The notes under the pieces are model-generated. The model had not been told where the DNA came from, did not search any database, and saw nothing but the letters and a program-made list of their open reading frames with translations. A DNA stretch of 64,000 nt. Source: Candidatus Omnitrophota bacterium (GTDB lineage Bacteria > Omnitrophota > Gorgyraeia > B26-G9). The stretch lies in NCBI GenBank assembly GCA_043805415.1, contig JAZDHZ010000003.1, forward strand, positions 28,366 to 92,365, read 5' to 3'. A program made the translations under genes and the position numbers. Below, piece after piece: positions 29,082 through 39,858 of the stretch. Position 1 is the first letter of the stretch, and each line of letters opens with the position of its first letter.

Positions 29082-30257
29082 ATGAAGAAGAAGGTTGTGT
29101 TGGCTTATTCCGGGGGATTAGATACTTCCTGCTGTGTGAAATGGCTTCAGGATAAAGGTTTTGAAGTTATTTGCTTTAGCGCTAATCTTGGCAGCGAGTT
29201 TTCACCAGCAGAGCTTAAAAGGAAAGCTAAAGCCAGCGGAATTAAGACAATATATGTGGAAGATCTGCAGCAGGAATTTGCTGCTGATTATATTCTACCG
29301 GCTTTAAAGGCAAATGCTGTATATGAATCAAAATATGTTTTATCAACAGCTCTTGGGCGGCCTTTAATCGCTAAATATTTAGTGGATATTGCCCACAAGG
29401 AAAAAGCTGAATATGTGGCGCATGGCTGTACCGGCAAAGGAAATGACCAGGTAAGAATTGATACAACAGTAAAAATTTTAGACCCAAAACTTAAAATAAT
29501 CGCGCCGGTAAGAGAGTGGGATCTAACATCACGCGAATCAGAGATTGCCTATGCCAAAAAAAACAAAATAGAAATCTCCGCAACCAAGGAAAAAATTTAC
29601 AGCATTGATCAGAATATCTGGGGCATCAGTATTGAAGGCGGGCTGATGGAAGACTTAAATAATGCTCCTGATGAAAGTGCCTATGTATTAACTAAAGGAA
29701 TAGATAAAACGCCCAATAAACCGGATTATGTTGAAATTGAATTTGATAAAGGAACACCGATTAAGCTCAATGGCAAGAAAATGAGTTTCTTAAGCATGAT
29801 TGAGGATTTAAACAAGGTTGCGGGTAATCATGGTATTGGCAGAACTGATTTAATCGAAGACCGGACTGTGGGGATCAAATCCCGTGAGGTTTATGAAGCC
29901 CCGGCAGCCTGGGTATTGCTGCAAGCTCATCGCGAGCTGGAAAGTGTGGTCTTGGATAAAGACACAATTAGTTTTAAAGAAATAGTTGGTTTGCGTTATT
30001 CGCAGCTTGCTTATCAGGGCTTATGGTTTTCCCGGCTGCGCAAAAGTTTAGCTGCTTTTGTGGATTTAACCCAGGAAAAAGTCACGGGTAGTGTAAAACT
30101 AAAACTTTACAAAGCGAATATTACGGTTGCGCAAAGGAATTCAAAGCATTCACTTTACAGAAAAGAATTAGCAACCTATGGCGAGGAAGATCAGTTTAAC
30201 CGCGAGGATGCTAAAGGTTTTATTGAAATATTCTCTTTGCCGTATCGAGAAAGATAA
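29082..30257 (+). CDS. argG: Argininosuccinate synthase
   Basis: VLAYSGGLDTS PP-loop ATP pyrophosphatase motif. Length 391 aa. Confidence 0.9.
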   Translation: MKKKVVLAYSGGLDTSCCVKWLQDKGFEVICFSANLGSEFSPAELKRKAKASGIKTIYVEDLQQEFAADYILPALKANAVYESKYVLSTALGRPLIAKYLVDIAHKEKAEYVAHGCTGKGNDQVRIDTTVKILDPKLKIIAPVREWDLTSRESEIAYAKKNKIEISATKEKIYSIDQNIWGISIEGGLMEDLNNAPDESAYVLTKGIDKTPNKPDYVEIEFDKGTPIKLNGKKMSFLSMIEDLNKVAGNHGIGRTDLIEDRTVGIKSREVYEAPAAWVLLQAHRELESVVLDKDTISFKEIVGLRYSQLAYQGLWFSRLRKSLAAFVDLTQEKVTGSVKLKLYKANITVAQRNSKHSLYRKELATYGEEDQFNREDAKGFIEIFSLPYRER

Positions 30258-30606
30258 AGCAGCGTATAGCGATTAGCGTTTAGTGTATAGAAAAGCAGAC
30301 ACAAAGTCACAAGGACACCAGGTCACCAGGTCACAAGGACGGAAAAGCAGTTATGAATTACGAGTTATGAATGAAAAGCAAAGAGCTAAAACAGTTCATA
30401 AAGTTTATAAAGTAAAAATATCGATAGGCAAAAATTCTCTTTGAGCGGCGCTTTCGAACGTAATTTTGACATGGAAGTCAAAATAGTGAGAACGCGCGGC
30501 TGAGTCTGCACGATGCAGGCTCAGGCTTAGCGAAAAGACGTGTTTTTGCCGGTAAGCGCACGCAATACGCACGACGCAATACTTTAACGAATAAAAGGAA
30601 ATAATT

Positions 30607-31977
30607 ATGGCTAAAAAATTATGGGGCGGCAGATTTAAAAAGAACATTGATCGCGATTTTGAGGAGTTTTCAAAATCTATTCAGTATGATTACAAACTGG
30701 CCAGAATTGATGTGTTTCATTCAATAATTCATACTTTAGCTCTAGGCGGCAGCAAACTTTTAACCAAATCCGAGACTAAAAAAATCTTAGATGCTTTAAA
30801 TTCGATCATCAAGGATATTGACACTAAAAAATTCACGCCAGATATGAGCTCCGAAGATATTCATACGGATATTCATAATCGTTTGGAAAAAAAGATCGGG
30901 TTGCTTGCGGATAAAGTGCATACCCTGCGTTCTCGCAATGATCAGATTGTGTTTAATGAAAAATTCTATTGTTTAGATGAAGCTTTGAATATTCAGGGAT
31001 TGCTTAAAAGCTTAATTGACAGCTGTGTTGGTTTGATGAGAAAGTATGATAAACAGCCATTTATCGGCTATACCCATACTCAAAGGGCACAGGTGATATT
31101 ATTTAGCGATTATATGGTTGCTTTCGCGCATATGTTTGCCAGGGATTTTAAACGGATAAAACAGTTTTATGAATCAGTAGTGCCGTATATCGGGGCCGGA
31201 GCTTTGGCTGGGACATCATTGCATAAAGAAGAGTATTTTAAAGCAATTGATGATTTTTTAACATACAAACAACCTGGTTCGGGAAAAGTTAAATCTGTGG
31301 AAAATTCAATTGACAATGTTAGCGACCGGGATTTTATTATGGAATTTCTTGGGGGAATTTCGATTATCCAAATGCATTTATCGCGATTGTGCGAAGATTT
31401 TATTTTATATTCCACTCAGGAATTTGATTATCTTGATCTGCCTGAAGAATTTTGCACTGGCAGCAGTTTAATGCCGCATAAAAAGAATCCGGATTTTCTC
31501 GAGCTTGTTCGCGGATATACCGGACGAATTTATGGCAACCAGATATCTCTGATGACAACGATGAAGGGGCTTCCGATGTCCTATAATCGGGATATGCAGC
31601 TGGATAAAGAACCTTTATTTTCTTCAGTAGATACAATTAAAGATGAGCTGAAAATAATGGCAAAATTCATTAAGGGCATAAGTCTAAAAAAGAAAGTCAT
31701 TGAAAAAGCTTTAAAGGACGAGCGGCTTTACGCGACCGAGCTTGCTGAATTTATGGTATTTAAAGGAGTCGCGTTTAAGGATGCCCATGATGCAGTGGGT
31801 AGAATTATCCGCTATGCGGAAGATAATTCTATCGAGATTAAACATATGTCAGATGAATTGCTTAAATCTTTTCACGCTAAACTTAGTCAAAAAGATATTC
31901 AGAAAGTAATGCATCCTGAACACGCGGTAAGTTCTAAAAAATCTGTCAACAGAAAGGTGCCGAGAGTTAATGCATGA
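30607..31977 (+). CDS. argH: Argininosuccinate lyase
   Basis: Fumarate-lyase family (GSSLMPHKKNPD signature). Length 456 aa. Confidence 0.85.
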   Translation: MAKKLWGGRFKKNIDRDFEEFSKSIQYDYKLARIDVFHSIIHTLALGGSKLLTKSETKKILDALNSIIKDIDTKKFTPDMSSEDIHTDIHNRLEKKIGLLADKVHTLRSRNDQIVFNEKFYCLDEALNIQGLLKSLIDSCVGLMRKYDKQPFIGYTHTQRAQVILFSDYMVAFAHMFARDFKRIKQFYESVVPYIGAGALAGTSLHKEEYFKAIDDFLTYKQPGSGKVKSVENSIDNVSDRDFIMEFLGGISIIQMHLSRLCEDFILYSTQEFDYLDLPEEFCTGSSLMPHKKNPDFLELVRGYTGRIYGNQISLMTTMKGLPMSYNRDMQLDKEPLFSSVDTIKDELKIMAKFIKGISLKKKVIEKALKDERLYATELAEFMVFKGVAFKDAHDAVGRIIRYAEDNSIEIKHMSDELLKSFHAKLSQKDIQKVMHPEHAVSSKKSVNRKVPRVNA

Positions 31978-33229
31978 TTTTAAAATGAAAAACAATCGCT
32001 TGTTCTGTGAACAAGTAAGCCTTGAGGAAATCGCCCGGCAAGTGGGTAGTCCTGTTTTTGTTTATAGCAAAAAAACGATATTAGATCATTTTAATAAGCT
32101 GAAGCAAGCTTTTAAAGAGATTGATCCGCTTATTTGTTATTCGATGAAAGCAAACTCAAATCTGAGCATTTGTAAAATATTAAAAGATGCCGGCGCTGGA
32201 ATTGATATTGTTTCCGGGGGAGAACTCTATCGGGCCCAAGCGATCAAGGTTCCGGCTAATAAGATTGTTTATGCGTCAGTAGGCAAAACTCAAGAAGAAA
32301 TCAAAGCCGCGATTGAAGCCGGAATTTTGTTTTTCAATGTTGAATCAGTGGCAGAACTTAAGCAAATAAACGCGATTGCCAAGAGCTTGGATAAAAAACA
32401 AAAGGTGGCGATAAGAGTTAATCCGGATGTTGAAGCAAAAACTCATAAGTATATCATGACGGCTAAAAAACAGAATAAGTTCGGCATAGATGTTAAAACA
32501 ACTAAAGATATTTTTACTAAATTAAGCAAGTCGCTTAAGAACCTGGATATCTGCTGTATACATTTACATATTGGCTCGCAGATAGAACATGTTAGCCCGT
32601 TTATTCAGGCGCTTAAAAAAGGAGTAAAACTAATTGAGCAGCTGAATAAAAAAGGCGCTAGGATTACACACTTAAACATCGGCGGCGGATTGGGCATTAT
32701 TTATAATAAGGAAAAACCGCAAACCGCCTGCGAGTACGCGAAAGCAATACTCCCGATTATAAGCAATAAAAATCTAAAGCTTATTCTGGAACCGGGAAGA
32801 TTTATTATGGGCAATGCCGGAGTATTATTAACAAAGATAATCTATGTAAAAGATACCTCGGTTAAAAGGTTTTATATTGTTGATGCCGCAATGAATGATT
32901 TGATCAGGCCATCTTTTTATCAAGCTTTTCATGGAGTTGTACCAGTTATCGCTAAAAAGAAAGATAAACTTAAAAAAGCGGACATAGTCGGGCCTATTTG
33001 TGAAAGCGGAGATTTTCTCGCCAAACAAAGACTGTTGCCAACTTCTTTAAGCCAAGACGATATCCTTGCTGTGATGAGCGCTGGAGCTTATGGCTTTAGC
33101 ATGTCCAGTAATTACAATAGTCGGAGGCGCGCTGCTGAAGTCCTGGTTGATGGAGAAAAATATCAGATAATCAGACAAAGAGAGACTTACAGCGAGCTGA
33201 TTAAAAATGAGATAACTGGTAACATATAA
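31970..33229 (+). CDS. lysA: Diaminopimelate decarboxylase
   Basis: Orn/DAP/Arg decarboxylase family-2 fold-III TIM barrel motifs (HLHIGSQ, EPGR). Adjacent to dapF. Confidence 0.8.
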   Translation: MHDFKMKNNRLFCEQVSLEEIARQVGSPVFVYSKKTILDHFNKLKQAFKEIDPLICYSMKANSNLSICKILKDAGAGIDIVSGGELYRAQAIKVPANKIVYASVGKTQEEIKAAIEAGILFFNVESVAELKQINAIAKSLDKKQKVAIRVNPDVEAKTHKYIMTAKKQNKFGIDVKTTKDIFTKLSKSLKNLDICCIHLHIGSQIEHVSPFIQALKKGVKLIEQLNKKGARITHLNIGGGLGIIYNKEKPQTACEYAKAILPIISNKNLKLILEPGRFIMGNAGVLLTKIIYVKDTSVKRFYIVDAAMNDLIRPSFYQAFHGVVPVIAKKKDKLKKADIVGPICESGDFLAKQRLLPTSLSQDDILAVMSAGAYGFSMSSNYNSRRRAAEVLVDGEKYQIIRQRETYSELIKNEITGNI

Positions 33230-33232
33230 GAG

Positions 33233-34198
33233 GTGGATATGAAAAAAGATATCAAGAAAAAACCGGTAAAAAATAAAAAAGTCAAAAAAGCAGTTAAGCT
33301 TATTTTAAAAAAAGTTGTTAAAAAAACAGCAAAGAAAGTTATGGAAAAAAAATCGGTTAAAAAATCAAAAGGGAAAAAGAAAATAGCTGTTCAGAAAAAA
33401 AGAAAATTTGAGTTTACAAAGATGGTCGCATCAGGAAATGATTTCATTATTTTTGATAATCGCAAAAGCGGATTGAAAAATGGTTCGGAAATAGCTTTAT
33501 TGCTTTGCACCCGGACTTCCGGTATCGGAGCGGATGGTTTAATTTTTATCGAAAAATCAAAAAAAGCTGATTTTAAGATGAGAATATTTAATCCGGATGG
33601 TTCAGAGGCGGAGATGTGCGGAAATGGCATTCGCTGCGCGGCTTTATATAAAAACAAGAAAAATATGAAAATAGAAACGCTCGCGGGAGTTCTTAACGCG
33701 GAGTTAAATGAAAATGGGATTAAAGTAAAGATGACCGCGCCTTTGGATCTGCAGTTAAATATCAATTTAAATATTGATGGAAGAATTCATCAGGTCAATT
33801 ATGTGAATACCGGGGTGCCGCATAGTGTGTGTTTTGTGGAAAATTTGCCGGCAGCTAATGTGCGGATGCTGGGAAGATTGCTCCGATATCATAAACATTT
33901 TGAGCCGGAAGGAACAAATGTTGATTTTGTGAAAATAATGGAACATGATCTATTGTGTATCCGTACTTATGAGCGGGGTGTTGAAAATGAGACTTTAGCT
34001 TGCGGCACAGGTTCAGTTGCTGCCGCTTTAATCTATCACCACAAATTTCTTTACGCGGATGGTTCTTATTGCGTAGATATTAAAACCCAGGGTGAGGAAA
34101 TTTTAAAAGTTTATTTTGATTATGAAAAAGGTAATTTTACAAATGTCTGGCTGGAGGGAAATGCCAGAATGGTTTATAAGGGAGAATGTTATGTTTAA
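33233..34198 (+). CDS. dapF: Diaminopimelate epimerase with ~60-aa lysine-rich N-terminal extension
   Basis: Two catalytic Cys contexts (MCGNGIRC, ACGTGS). N-terminal KKPVKNKKVKKAVKLILKKVVKKTAKK... low-complexity tail. Confidence 0.8.
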   Translation: MDMKKDIKKKPVKNKKVKKAVKLILKKVVKKTAKKVMEKKSVKKSKGKKKIAVQKKRKFEFTKMVASGNDFIIFDNRKSGLKNGSEIALLLCTRTSGIGADGLIFIEKSKKADFKMRIFNPDGSEAEMCGNGIRCAALYKNKKNMKIETLAGVLNAELNENGIKVKMTAPLDLQLNINLNIDGRIHQVNYVNTGVPHSVCFVENLPAANVRMLGRLLRYHKHFEPEGTNVDFVKIMEHDLLCIRTYERGVENETLACGTGSVAAALIYHHKFLYADGSYCVDIKTQGEEILKVYFDYEKGNFTNVWLEGNARMVYKGECYV

Positions 34199-35081
34199 AG
34201 GTTCTATGGTCGCGATAGTGACTCCGTTTAAAAATGGAAGACTTGATGAGGATAAACTAAAGGAGTTGGTTTATTTTCATATTAAAAATAAAACCTCAGC
34301 GATTGTGCCCTGCGGAACTACCGGTGAATCAGCAACTTTGTCATTAGCTGAGCATGAGCGGGTAATTGAGCTGGTGGTACAAACCGCTAATAAAAAAGTG
34401 CCGGTTATTGCCGGTACTGGTTCAAATAATACATATGAGGCAATAAGGCTGACAAAGCATGCCAGGGAAGCCGGTGCTGATGCCGCATTATTAATTGTGC
34501 CGTATTATAATAAACCAACGCAAAAGGGGCTTTATCTGCATTTTAAAGAGATCGCGGAAAGTGTGGACATCCCGATAGTGTTGTATAATATTGCCGCAAG
34601 AACAGCGGTTAATATGCTGCCTGAGACTATCGCGAGATTAGCTCATGAGTTTAAAAACATTGTGGGGATTAAAGAAGCCTCAGGTAATCTTGAGCAGATG
34701 GCAACAATTAAAATGCTTTGCCCAAAAGATTTTGATCTTATTTCTGGAGATGATACATTGACTCTGCCTTTGCTTGCTATTGGAGGAGTCGGAGTAATAT
34801 CAGTTGTGGCTAATATTGTTCCCCAGGATGTCGCGAAAATGGTGGAAGAGTTTGAAAAAGGAAACCTTATCCAAGCTCAACAGATGCACTACAAGCTTTT
34901 GCCTTTGGTTAAATCAATGTTTTTAGAAACTAATCCGATTTGTGTTAAAACTGCTATGGAAATGCTCGGAATGTGCGAACCTGGACTGCGCTTGCCTTTA
35001 TGTCCCATGGACGAAGATAATTTTAAGAAGCTGAATCAGGCATTACGGGATTATGGGCTTTTGAAGGGAAAAAAGAAATGA
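34191..35081 (+). CDS. dapA: 4-hydroxy-tetrahydrodipicolinate synthase
   Basis: DapA/NAL family (VPCGTTGES, active Lys region GIKEASG). ATGTTTAA overlap with the dapF stop. Start at 34191 behind the SD AAGGGAG. Confidence 0.85.
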   Translation: MFKGSMVAIVTPFKNGRLDEDKLKELVYFHIKNKTSAIVPCGTTGESATLSLAEHERVIELVVQTANKKVPVIAGTGSNNTYEAIRLTKHAREAGADAALLIVPYYNKPTQKGLYLHFKEIAESVDIPIVLYNIAARTAVNMLPETIARLAHEFKNIVGIKEASGNLEQMATIKMLCPKDFDLISGDDTLTLPLLAIGGVGVISVVANIVPQDVAKMVEEFEKGNLIQAQQMHYKLLPLVKSMFLETNPICVKTAMEMLGMCEPGLRLPLCPMDEDNFKKLNQALRDYGLLKGKKK

Positions 35082-35791
35082 TTAAGATCGGGGTTATCGG
35101 ATGTTGCGGTAAAATGGGCCGAAGAATAATGGCATTAGCTGGACAAACTGATGGTTTGCAAACTCATCTGGGGCTGGAAAGAAAAGATTGTCCTGAGATT
35201 AATTCGACACTTGATGGTGTGCGGGTTAGCGCGGATATGAATCAGATCAAAGATATTGATGTTGTGATTGATTTCACGCCAATGACTGATAAAACTGATT
35301 TGTTGAATGCTGTTTGTAAGTATAAAAAATCAATTGTTATCGGAACCACAGGGCTTAGTTTAGAACAGGTAGCGATAATTAAGAATGCTTCCAAAGATAT
35401 CGCGATTGTTTATTCGCCTAATATGTCTGTAGGGGTTAATGTGATGTTTGATTTAGTTAGGCAAGCCGCGGCCCAGCTTAAAAATTATAAAATTAAAATT
35501 ATTGAAGCGCATCATATTCATAAAAAAGACGCTCCCAGCGGAACAGCTAAACAATTTGCCGCAATCATTGAGTCTCAAATCAAAGAACCAGTTAATGATA
35601 TTGAAGCTATTCGCCAAGGGGAAATTGTCGGGGACCATGAGATTATATTTGAAAGTGATGTGGATACGATAACTTTAAGCCATAAAGCTAAGACCCGGGA
35701 TATCTTTGCTAAGGGAGCGCTTGCGGCGGCTAAATGGGTTGTGAATAAACCTGCAGGTTTGTATAATATGCAGGATGTATTAAAAAAATAA
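35078..35791 (+). CDS. dapB: 4-hydroxy-tetrahydrodipicolinate reductase
   Basis: N-terminal IKIGVIGCCGKMGRRI Rossmann motif and the EAHHIHKKDAPSGTA catalytic region. Confidence 0.85.
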   Translation: MIKIGVIGCCGKMGRRIMALAGQTDGLQTHLGLERKDCPEINSTLDGVRVSADMNQIKDIDVVIDFTPMTDKTDLLNAVCKYKKSIVIGTTGLSLEQVAIIKNASKDIAIVYSPNMSVGVNVMFDLVRQAAAQLKNYKIKIIEAHHIHKKDAPSGTAKQFAAIIESQIKEPVNDIEAIRQGEIVGDHEIIFESDVDTITLSHKAKTRDIFAKGALAAAKWVVNKPAGLYNMQDVLKK

Positions 35792-35878
35792 ACAATAAAC
35801 CAGTTGCCGGAGATTTTTTAAAAGTGAAATATATGTCTCTGGTGACTGGTAACTTTTTAATGAAAGGATCTGTGTGTA

Positions 35879-37048
35879 ATGAATATTGAAGCTGCCAAAA
35901 CATTATCAACTTTACCGCCATATCTTTTTGCGGCAATTGATAAAGAAAAACGCAAAGCCAGACAAGCTGGTCGTGATCTGATTGATCTTGGGATCGGTGA
36001 TCCTGATACCCCCACGCCTGGGCATGTTATTGAAGCTTTAAATAAAGCGGCTAAGGATCCGGCTAATCACAGATATGCTTTAGATGCCGGTATGCCGCAG
36101 CTAAAGGAGGAAATCGCTACTTGGTATGAGCAGCGGTTTAAAGTTAAGCTTGATCCGCTAACTGAGATCCTGCCGGTGCTGGGCTCTAAAGAAGCAATTG
36201 CTCATTTTCCATTTACTTTTTTAAATAAAGGTGATATTAGCTTAGTGCCTGATCCCGGGTATCCTGCATACAGAAACGCTACGATTCTAGCGGGCAGGGA
36301 GTATTATCCTATGCCGCTTGAAGAGAAAAACGGGTTTTTGCCTGATCTTAAGGCGATTCCGCAGGATGTGCTTAATAAAGCAAAATTAATATTTATAAAT
36401 TATCCGAATAATCCCACGGCAGCGATTGCGCCAAAAAGTTTTTTAAAACAGCTGGTAAACTTTGCTAAAAAAAATGAAATTATAATCTGTTTTGATATGG
36501 CTTATTCGGAAATGTGTTTTGAAGGTTATAAAGCTCCGGGAATCTTAGGGATCAGCGGAGCAAAGGATGTCGCGGTTGAGTTTCATTCACTTTCTAAAAC
36601 ATATAATATGACTGGTTGGAGAATCGGCTGGATTTGCGGAAATAAAGATGTTGTAGCGGCTTTAGCTAAATTTAAATCTAATATGGATTCAGGGATTTTT
36701 CAGGCTGTACAAATTGCGGGAATTGCTGCGTTAAAATCAAAACCAGCTTTTTACCAAAAGATGGCAAAAATATATACAGACAGACGCGACACTTTAGTGG
36801 ATGGTTTAAAGCAGCTGGGATGGCCGGTGAAAAGTCCAAAAGCAACTTTTTATGTGTGGACAAGGTTTCCCTATAAGATGACTTCAATTGAAGTTGCCAA
36901 TATGCTTTTAGACAAAGCAGACATTGTGGTTACTCCGGGGATCGGGTTTGGTAATCATGGAGAAGGTTTTATTCGCTTTGCGCTTACGCAAAATAAAGCA
37001 AGGATTAAGCAGGCAATCAAACGTTTAGCTAAGCTTCAAGAGATTTAA
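35879..37048 (+). CDS. dapL: LL-diaminopimelate aminotransferase
   Basis: Motif-level alignment to plant/chlamydial DapL: LGIGDPDTPTP, VPDPGYPAY, FINYPNNPTAAIAPKSFLKQLVNFAKKNEIIICFDMAYSEM, SLSKTYNMTGWRIGW and VVTPGIGFGNHGEGFIRFA. Confidence 0.75.
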   Translation: MNIEAAKTLSTLPPYLFAAIDKEKRKARQAGRDLIDLGIGDPDTPTPGHVIEALNKAAKDPANHRYALDAGMPQLKEEIATWYEQRFKVKLDPLTEILPVLGSKEAIAHFPFTFLNKGDISLVPDPGYPAYRNATILAGREYYPMPLEEKNGFLPDLKAIPQDVLNKAKLIFINYPNNPTAAIAPKSFLKQLVNFAKKNEIIICFDMAYSEMCFEGYKAPGILGISGAKDVAVEFHSLSKTYNMTGWRIGWICGNKDVVAALAKFKSNMDSGIFQAVQIAGIAALKSKPAFYQKMAKIYTDRRDTLVDGLKQLGWPVKSPKATFYVWTRFPYKMTSIEVANMLLDKADIVVTPGIGFGNHGEGFIRFALTQNKARIKQAIKRLAKLQEI

Positions 37049-37088
37049 AGCAGATTAATATATAAACTAACAGTGAAATATCTAAAAT

Positions 37089-37580
37089 ATGAGTCAACTG
37101 AAAAACAAGGTATATTTAGGTATAGGATCTAACCTGGGTGAGCGCAGCGCTAATATAGAGAAAGCACTTTTGCTTTTAAATGAAAATCCCAATATCTCGG
37201 TTGCTCAAGTTTCAACAATATATGAAACTGATCCAGTTGGCGGGCCGGCTCAAGGTAAATTTTTAAACGGAGTTATTGAACTAAGGACAGACCTTAACCC
37301 GCTTGAACTGCTAAATTATCTGCAGAATATAGAGGAAAAACTTGGACGTGTCCGGACAGGGCTTAAAAACCAGCCAAGAACTTTAGATTTAGATATTCTT
37401 TTATTTGATGATAGGGTTATAAATACCCAGCAATTAATAATCCCCCATGCTTTAATCCAAGACCGTTTGTTTGTGTTAAAACCATTTGCTGACATTGCTC
37501 CAGAAGTTATTCATCCAATTCTTAAAAAAACAATCAAGCAGATTTTTAGAGCTTTAAGTGTTGTTGTAAACTCTAGATAG
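37089..37580 (+). CDS. folK: 2-amino-4-hydroxy-6-hydroxymethyldihydropteridine pyrophosphokinase
   Basis: VYLGIGSNLGER N-terminus and LDLDILLFDD, typical of HPPK. Length 163 aa. Confidence 0.8.
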   Translation: MSQLKNKVYLGIGSNLGERSANIEKALLLLNENPNISVAQVSTIYETDPVGGPAQGKFLNGVIELRTDLNPLELLNYLQNIEEKLGRVRTGLKNQPRTLDLDILLFDDRVINTQQLIIPHALIQDRLFVLKPFADIAPEVIHPILKKTIKQIFRALSVVVNSR

Positions 37581-37608
37581 GTTTTATTGTCAAAATCAGG
37601 ATAAGATT

Positions 37609-38463
37609 ATGCAGGTTATAAACAGCGTGACTGAAATGCGAAAAGTAGCGAACAAATTAAAGAAACAATCCCAAATCCTTGGTTTTGTACCGACAATGGG
37701 GTATTTACATAAAGGACATTTGTCCTTGTTGGCAAGATCAGTTAAAGATTGTGATATAAGTGTAGTCAGTATTTATGTAAATCCAATCCAATTCGGGCCA
37801 AAAGAAGATTTAAAAAAATATCCTAGAGATATAAAAAGAGATATTAAATTGTGTAAAGAGCAAGGTGCTGACTATGTTTTTATTCCAACAGATGAGCAGC
37901 TCTATCCAAAAGGCTATATGACTTATGTTGAGGTTAAAGGGCTTAGTGATGGACTTTGTGGTAAATCCCGTCCTGGGCATTTTAAGGGGGTAACAACCAT
38001 AGTAAACAAGTTGTTTAATATAGTGAGTCCAGATATCGCCTACTTTGGACAAAAAGACGCGCAACAGGCATTGGTGATTAAAAAAATGGTAAAAGATTTG
38101 CATATGTCTTTAAAAATAAAGATCTTACCAATAATTAGAGAATCAGATGGGCTTGCGATGAGTTCACGTAATGTGTATCTTGCGCCAAAACAGTGCAAAG
38201 ATGCGGTTTTACTATATCAAGCATTAAAAAAAGCAAGGCAATTGATCATCCAGAAACAGCGGGATTCAGAAAAAATAATTTCTCAAATGAAAAGATTGCT
38301 TTCTCAGTCGGAGTTTGCTACAATAGACTACATTGCTATCGTCGATGCTGATAATTTAGAAAAGATAAAACAGCTAAAAGCAAAAACAAAAGTATTAATC
38401 GCGATCGCAGTATATATCGGGCAGGTAAGATTAATTGATAATATTATAGTTAAAGTTGATTGA
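37609..38463 (+). CDS. panC: Pantoate--beta-alanine ligase
   Basis: [20 protein letters not shown]-type motif. Confidence 0.85.
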   Translation: MQVINSVTEMRKVANKLKKQSQILGFVPTMGYLHKGHLSLLARSVKDCDISVVSIYVNPIQFGPKEDLKKYPRDIKRDIKLCKEQGADYVFIPTDEQLYPKGYMTYVEVKGLSDGLCGKSRPGHFKGVTTIVNKLFNIVSPDIAYFGQKDAQQALVIKKMVKDLHMSLKIKILPIIRESDGLAMSSRNVYLAPKQCKDAVLLYQALKKARQLIIQKQRDSEKIISQMKRLLSQSEFATIDYIAIVDADNLEKIKQLKAKTKVLIAIAVYIGQVRLIDNIIVKVD

Positions 38464-38477
38464 AAGGAAAGAAGTTA

Positions 38478-38867
38478 ATGTTGCGAATAATGAGTAAGTC
38501 AAAGATACATCGGGCGACAGTAACCGATGCTAATCTGCAATATATAGGCAGTATTACTATTGATAAGAATCTTTTAAAAGAAGCGGACATCTATCCCAGC
38601 GAAAGAGTTCAGGTGGTCAATGTGAATAATGGCTCAAGAGTCGAGACCTATGTTATAGAGGGTAAAGCGGGCAGCGGGATTATTTGTATGAATGGGCCGG
38701 CAGCAAGGTGGGCGCAAGTTGGAGATATTGTTATCATAATATCTTATTGTCTGCTTTCTAACGAAGAAGCAGCTGTGCATAAACAGAAAACGGTTTTTGT
38801 GGATGAAAAAAATAGACTGATAAAGAGAGAACTAAAGGCAAAAGAAAATGCAAAAAAGCGAAGATAA
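38478..38867 (+). CDS. panD: Aspartate 1-decarboxylase (pyruvoyl-dependent)
   Basis: [17 protein letters not shown]-terminus and the GSITID self-cleavage site. Confidence 0.8.
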   Translation: MLRIMSKSKIHRATVTDANLQYIGSITIDKNLLKEADIYPSERVQVVNVNNGSRVETYVIEGKAGSGIICMNGPAARWAQVGDIVIIISYCLLSNEEAAVHKQKTVFVDEKNRLIKRELKAKENAKKRR

Positions 38868-39789
38868 AAAATATTTAGAAGCTTTAAGTGCCAAGATTCT
38901 TCAACTTAAAAAAAGCAGAAAAGCAATAATTATCGCGCATAATTATGAACGGCCGGAAGTGCAGAAGATTGCTGATATTGTTGGAGATTCTCTTGAATTG
39001 AGCCGCGCGGTCACCAGCGTTGAAGCCAAGATAGTTGTTTTTTGCGGAGTTCATTTTATGGCCGAGACAGCGTCTATTCTTAACCCGGAGAAAACAATCC
39101 TCTTGCCGGTAAAAGAAGCCGGCTGCCCCATGGCGGATATGATTACGACAAAAGAGCTTAAAGCGCTTAAGATTAAAAACCCCGGAGTTCCGGTTGTTTG
39201 TTATGTTAATTCATCTGCTGAGGTAAAAGCAGAAAGTGATGTGTGCTGTACCTCAAGCAATGCTCTGGAAATTGTTGCTTCACTTAAAAGTAAGCAAGTT
39301 ATCTTTGTCCCAGATAAGAACCTGGGCAGCTATATTCAAAGAAATCTTACCGAAAAAGAGATCATCCTTTGGGAAGGGTTTTGCCCCACGCATATGCGCA
39401 TAAAAGAAGAAGAGATTCTTCAGTCAAAAAAAGAACATCCAAAGGCTAAGTTTATGGCTCATCCTGAATGTCCGCAAAAGCTGCTGCAGCATGCTGCTTA
39501 TATCGGCTCGACCGCCGGGATGCTTAAATTTGTCAAGCAGGATAAGAATAAAGAGTTTATTGTGGGCACTGAGTTAGGAATGATCTACCGACTTGAACAG
39601 GAAAATCCGACAAAGAAGTTTTATTGCCCGAGCGCGCATTTTATTTGCGCGGATATGAAATTAACAACCTTGGGTTGGGTCGCGCATAGTTTGGAAGATA
39701 TGGTTTTTGAAGTAAAAGTAAGTCCGGAAATTAGACGGAAAGCAAAAAAAAGTTTGGATAAAATGATAAATTTTGTTCCAAAAAAGTAA
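38848..39789 (+). CDS. nadA: Quinolinate synthase
   Basis: [12 protein letters not shown] plus three conserved Cys contexts. Length 313 aa. Confidence 0.75.
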   Translation: MQKSEDKKYLEALSAKILQLKKSRKAIIIAHNYERPEVQKIADIVGDSLELSRAVTSVEAKIVVFCGVHFMAETASILNPEKTILLPVKEAGCPMADMITTKELKALKIKNPGVPVVCYVNSSAEVKAESDVCCTSSNALEIVASLKSKQVIFVPDKNLGSYIQRNLTEKEIILWEGFCPTHMRIKEEEILQSKKEHPKAKFMAHPECPQKLLQHAAYIGSTAGMLKFVKQDKNKEFIVGTELGMIYRLEQENPTKKFYCPSAHFICADMKLTTLGWVAHSLEDMVFEVKVSPEIRRKAKKSLDKMINFVPKK

Positions 39790-39858
39790 AGATATAACTT
39801 AGCTTAAACGATAGAGTTTAACTTTTTAATGCAATATTTTAAAGAAAATGAGTTTAAA

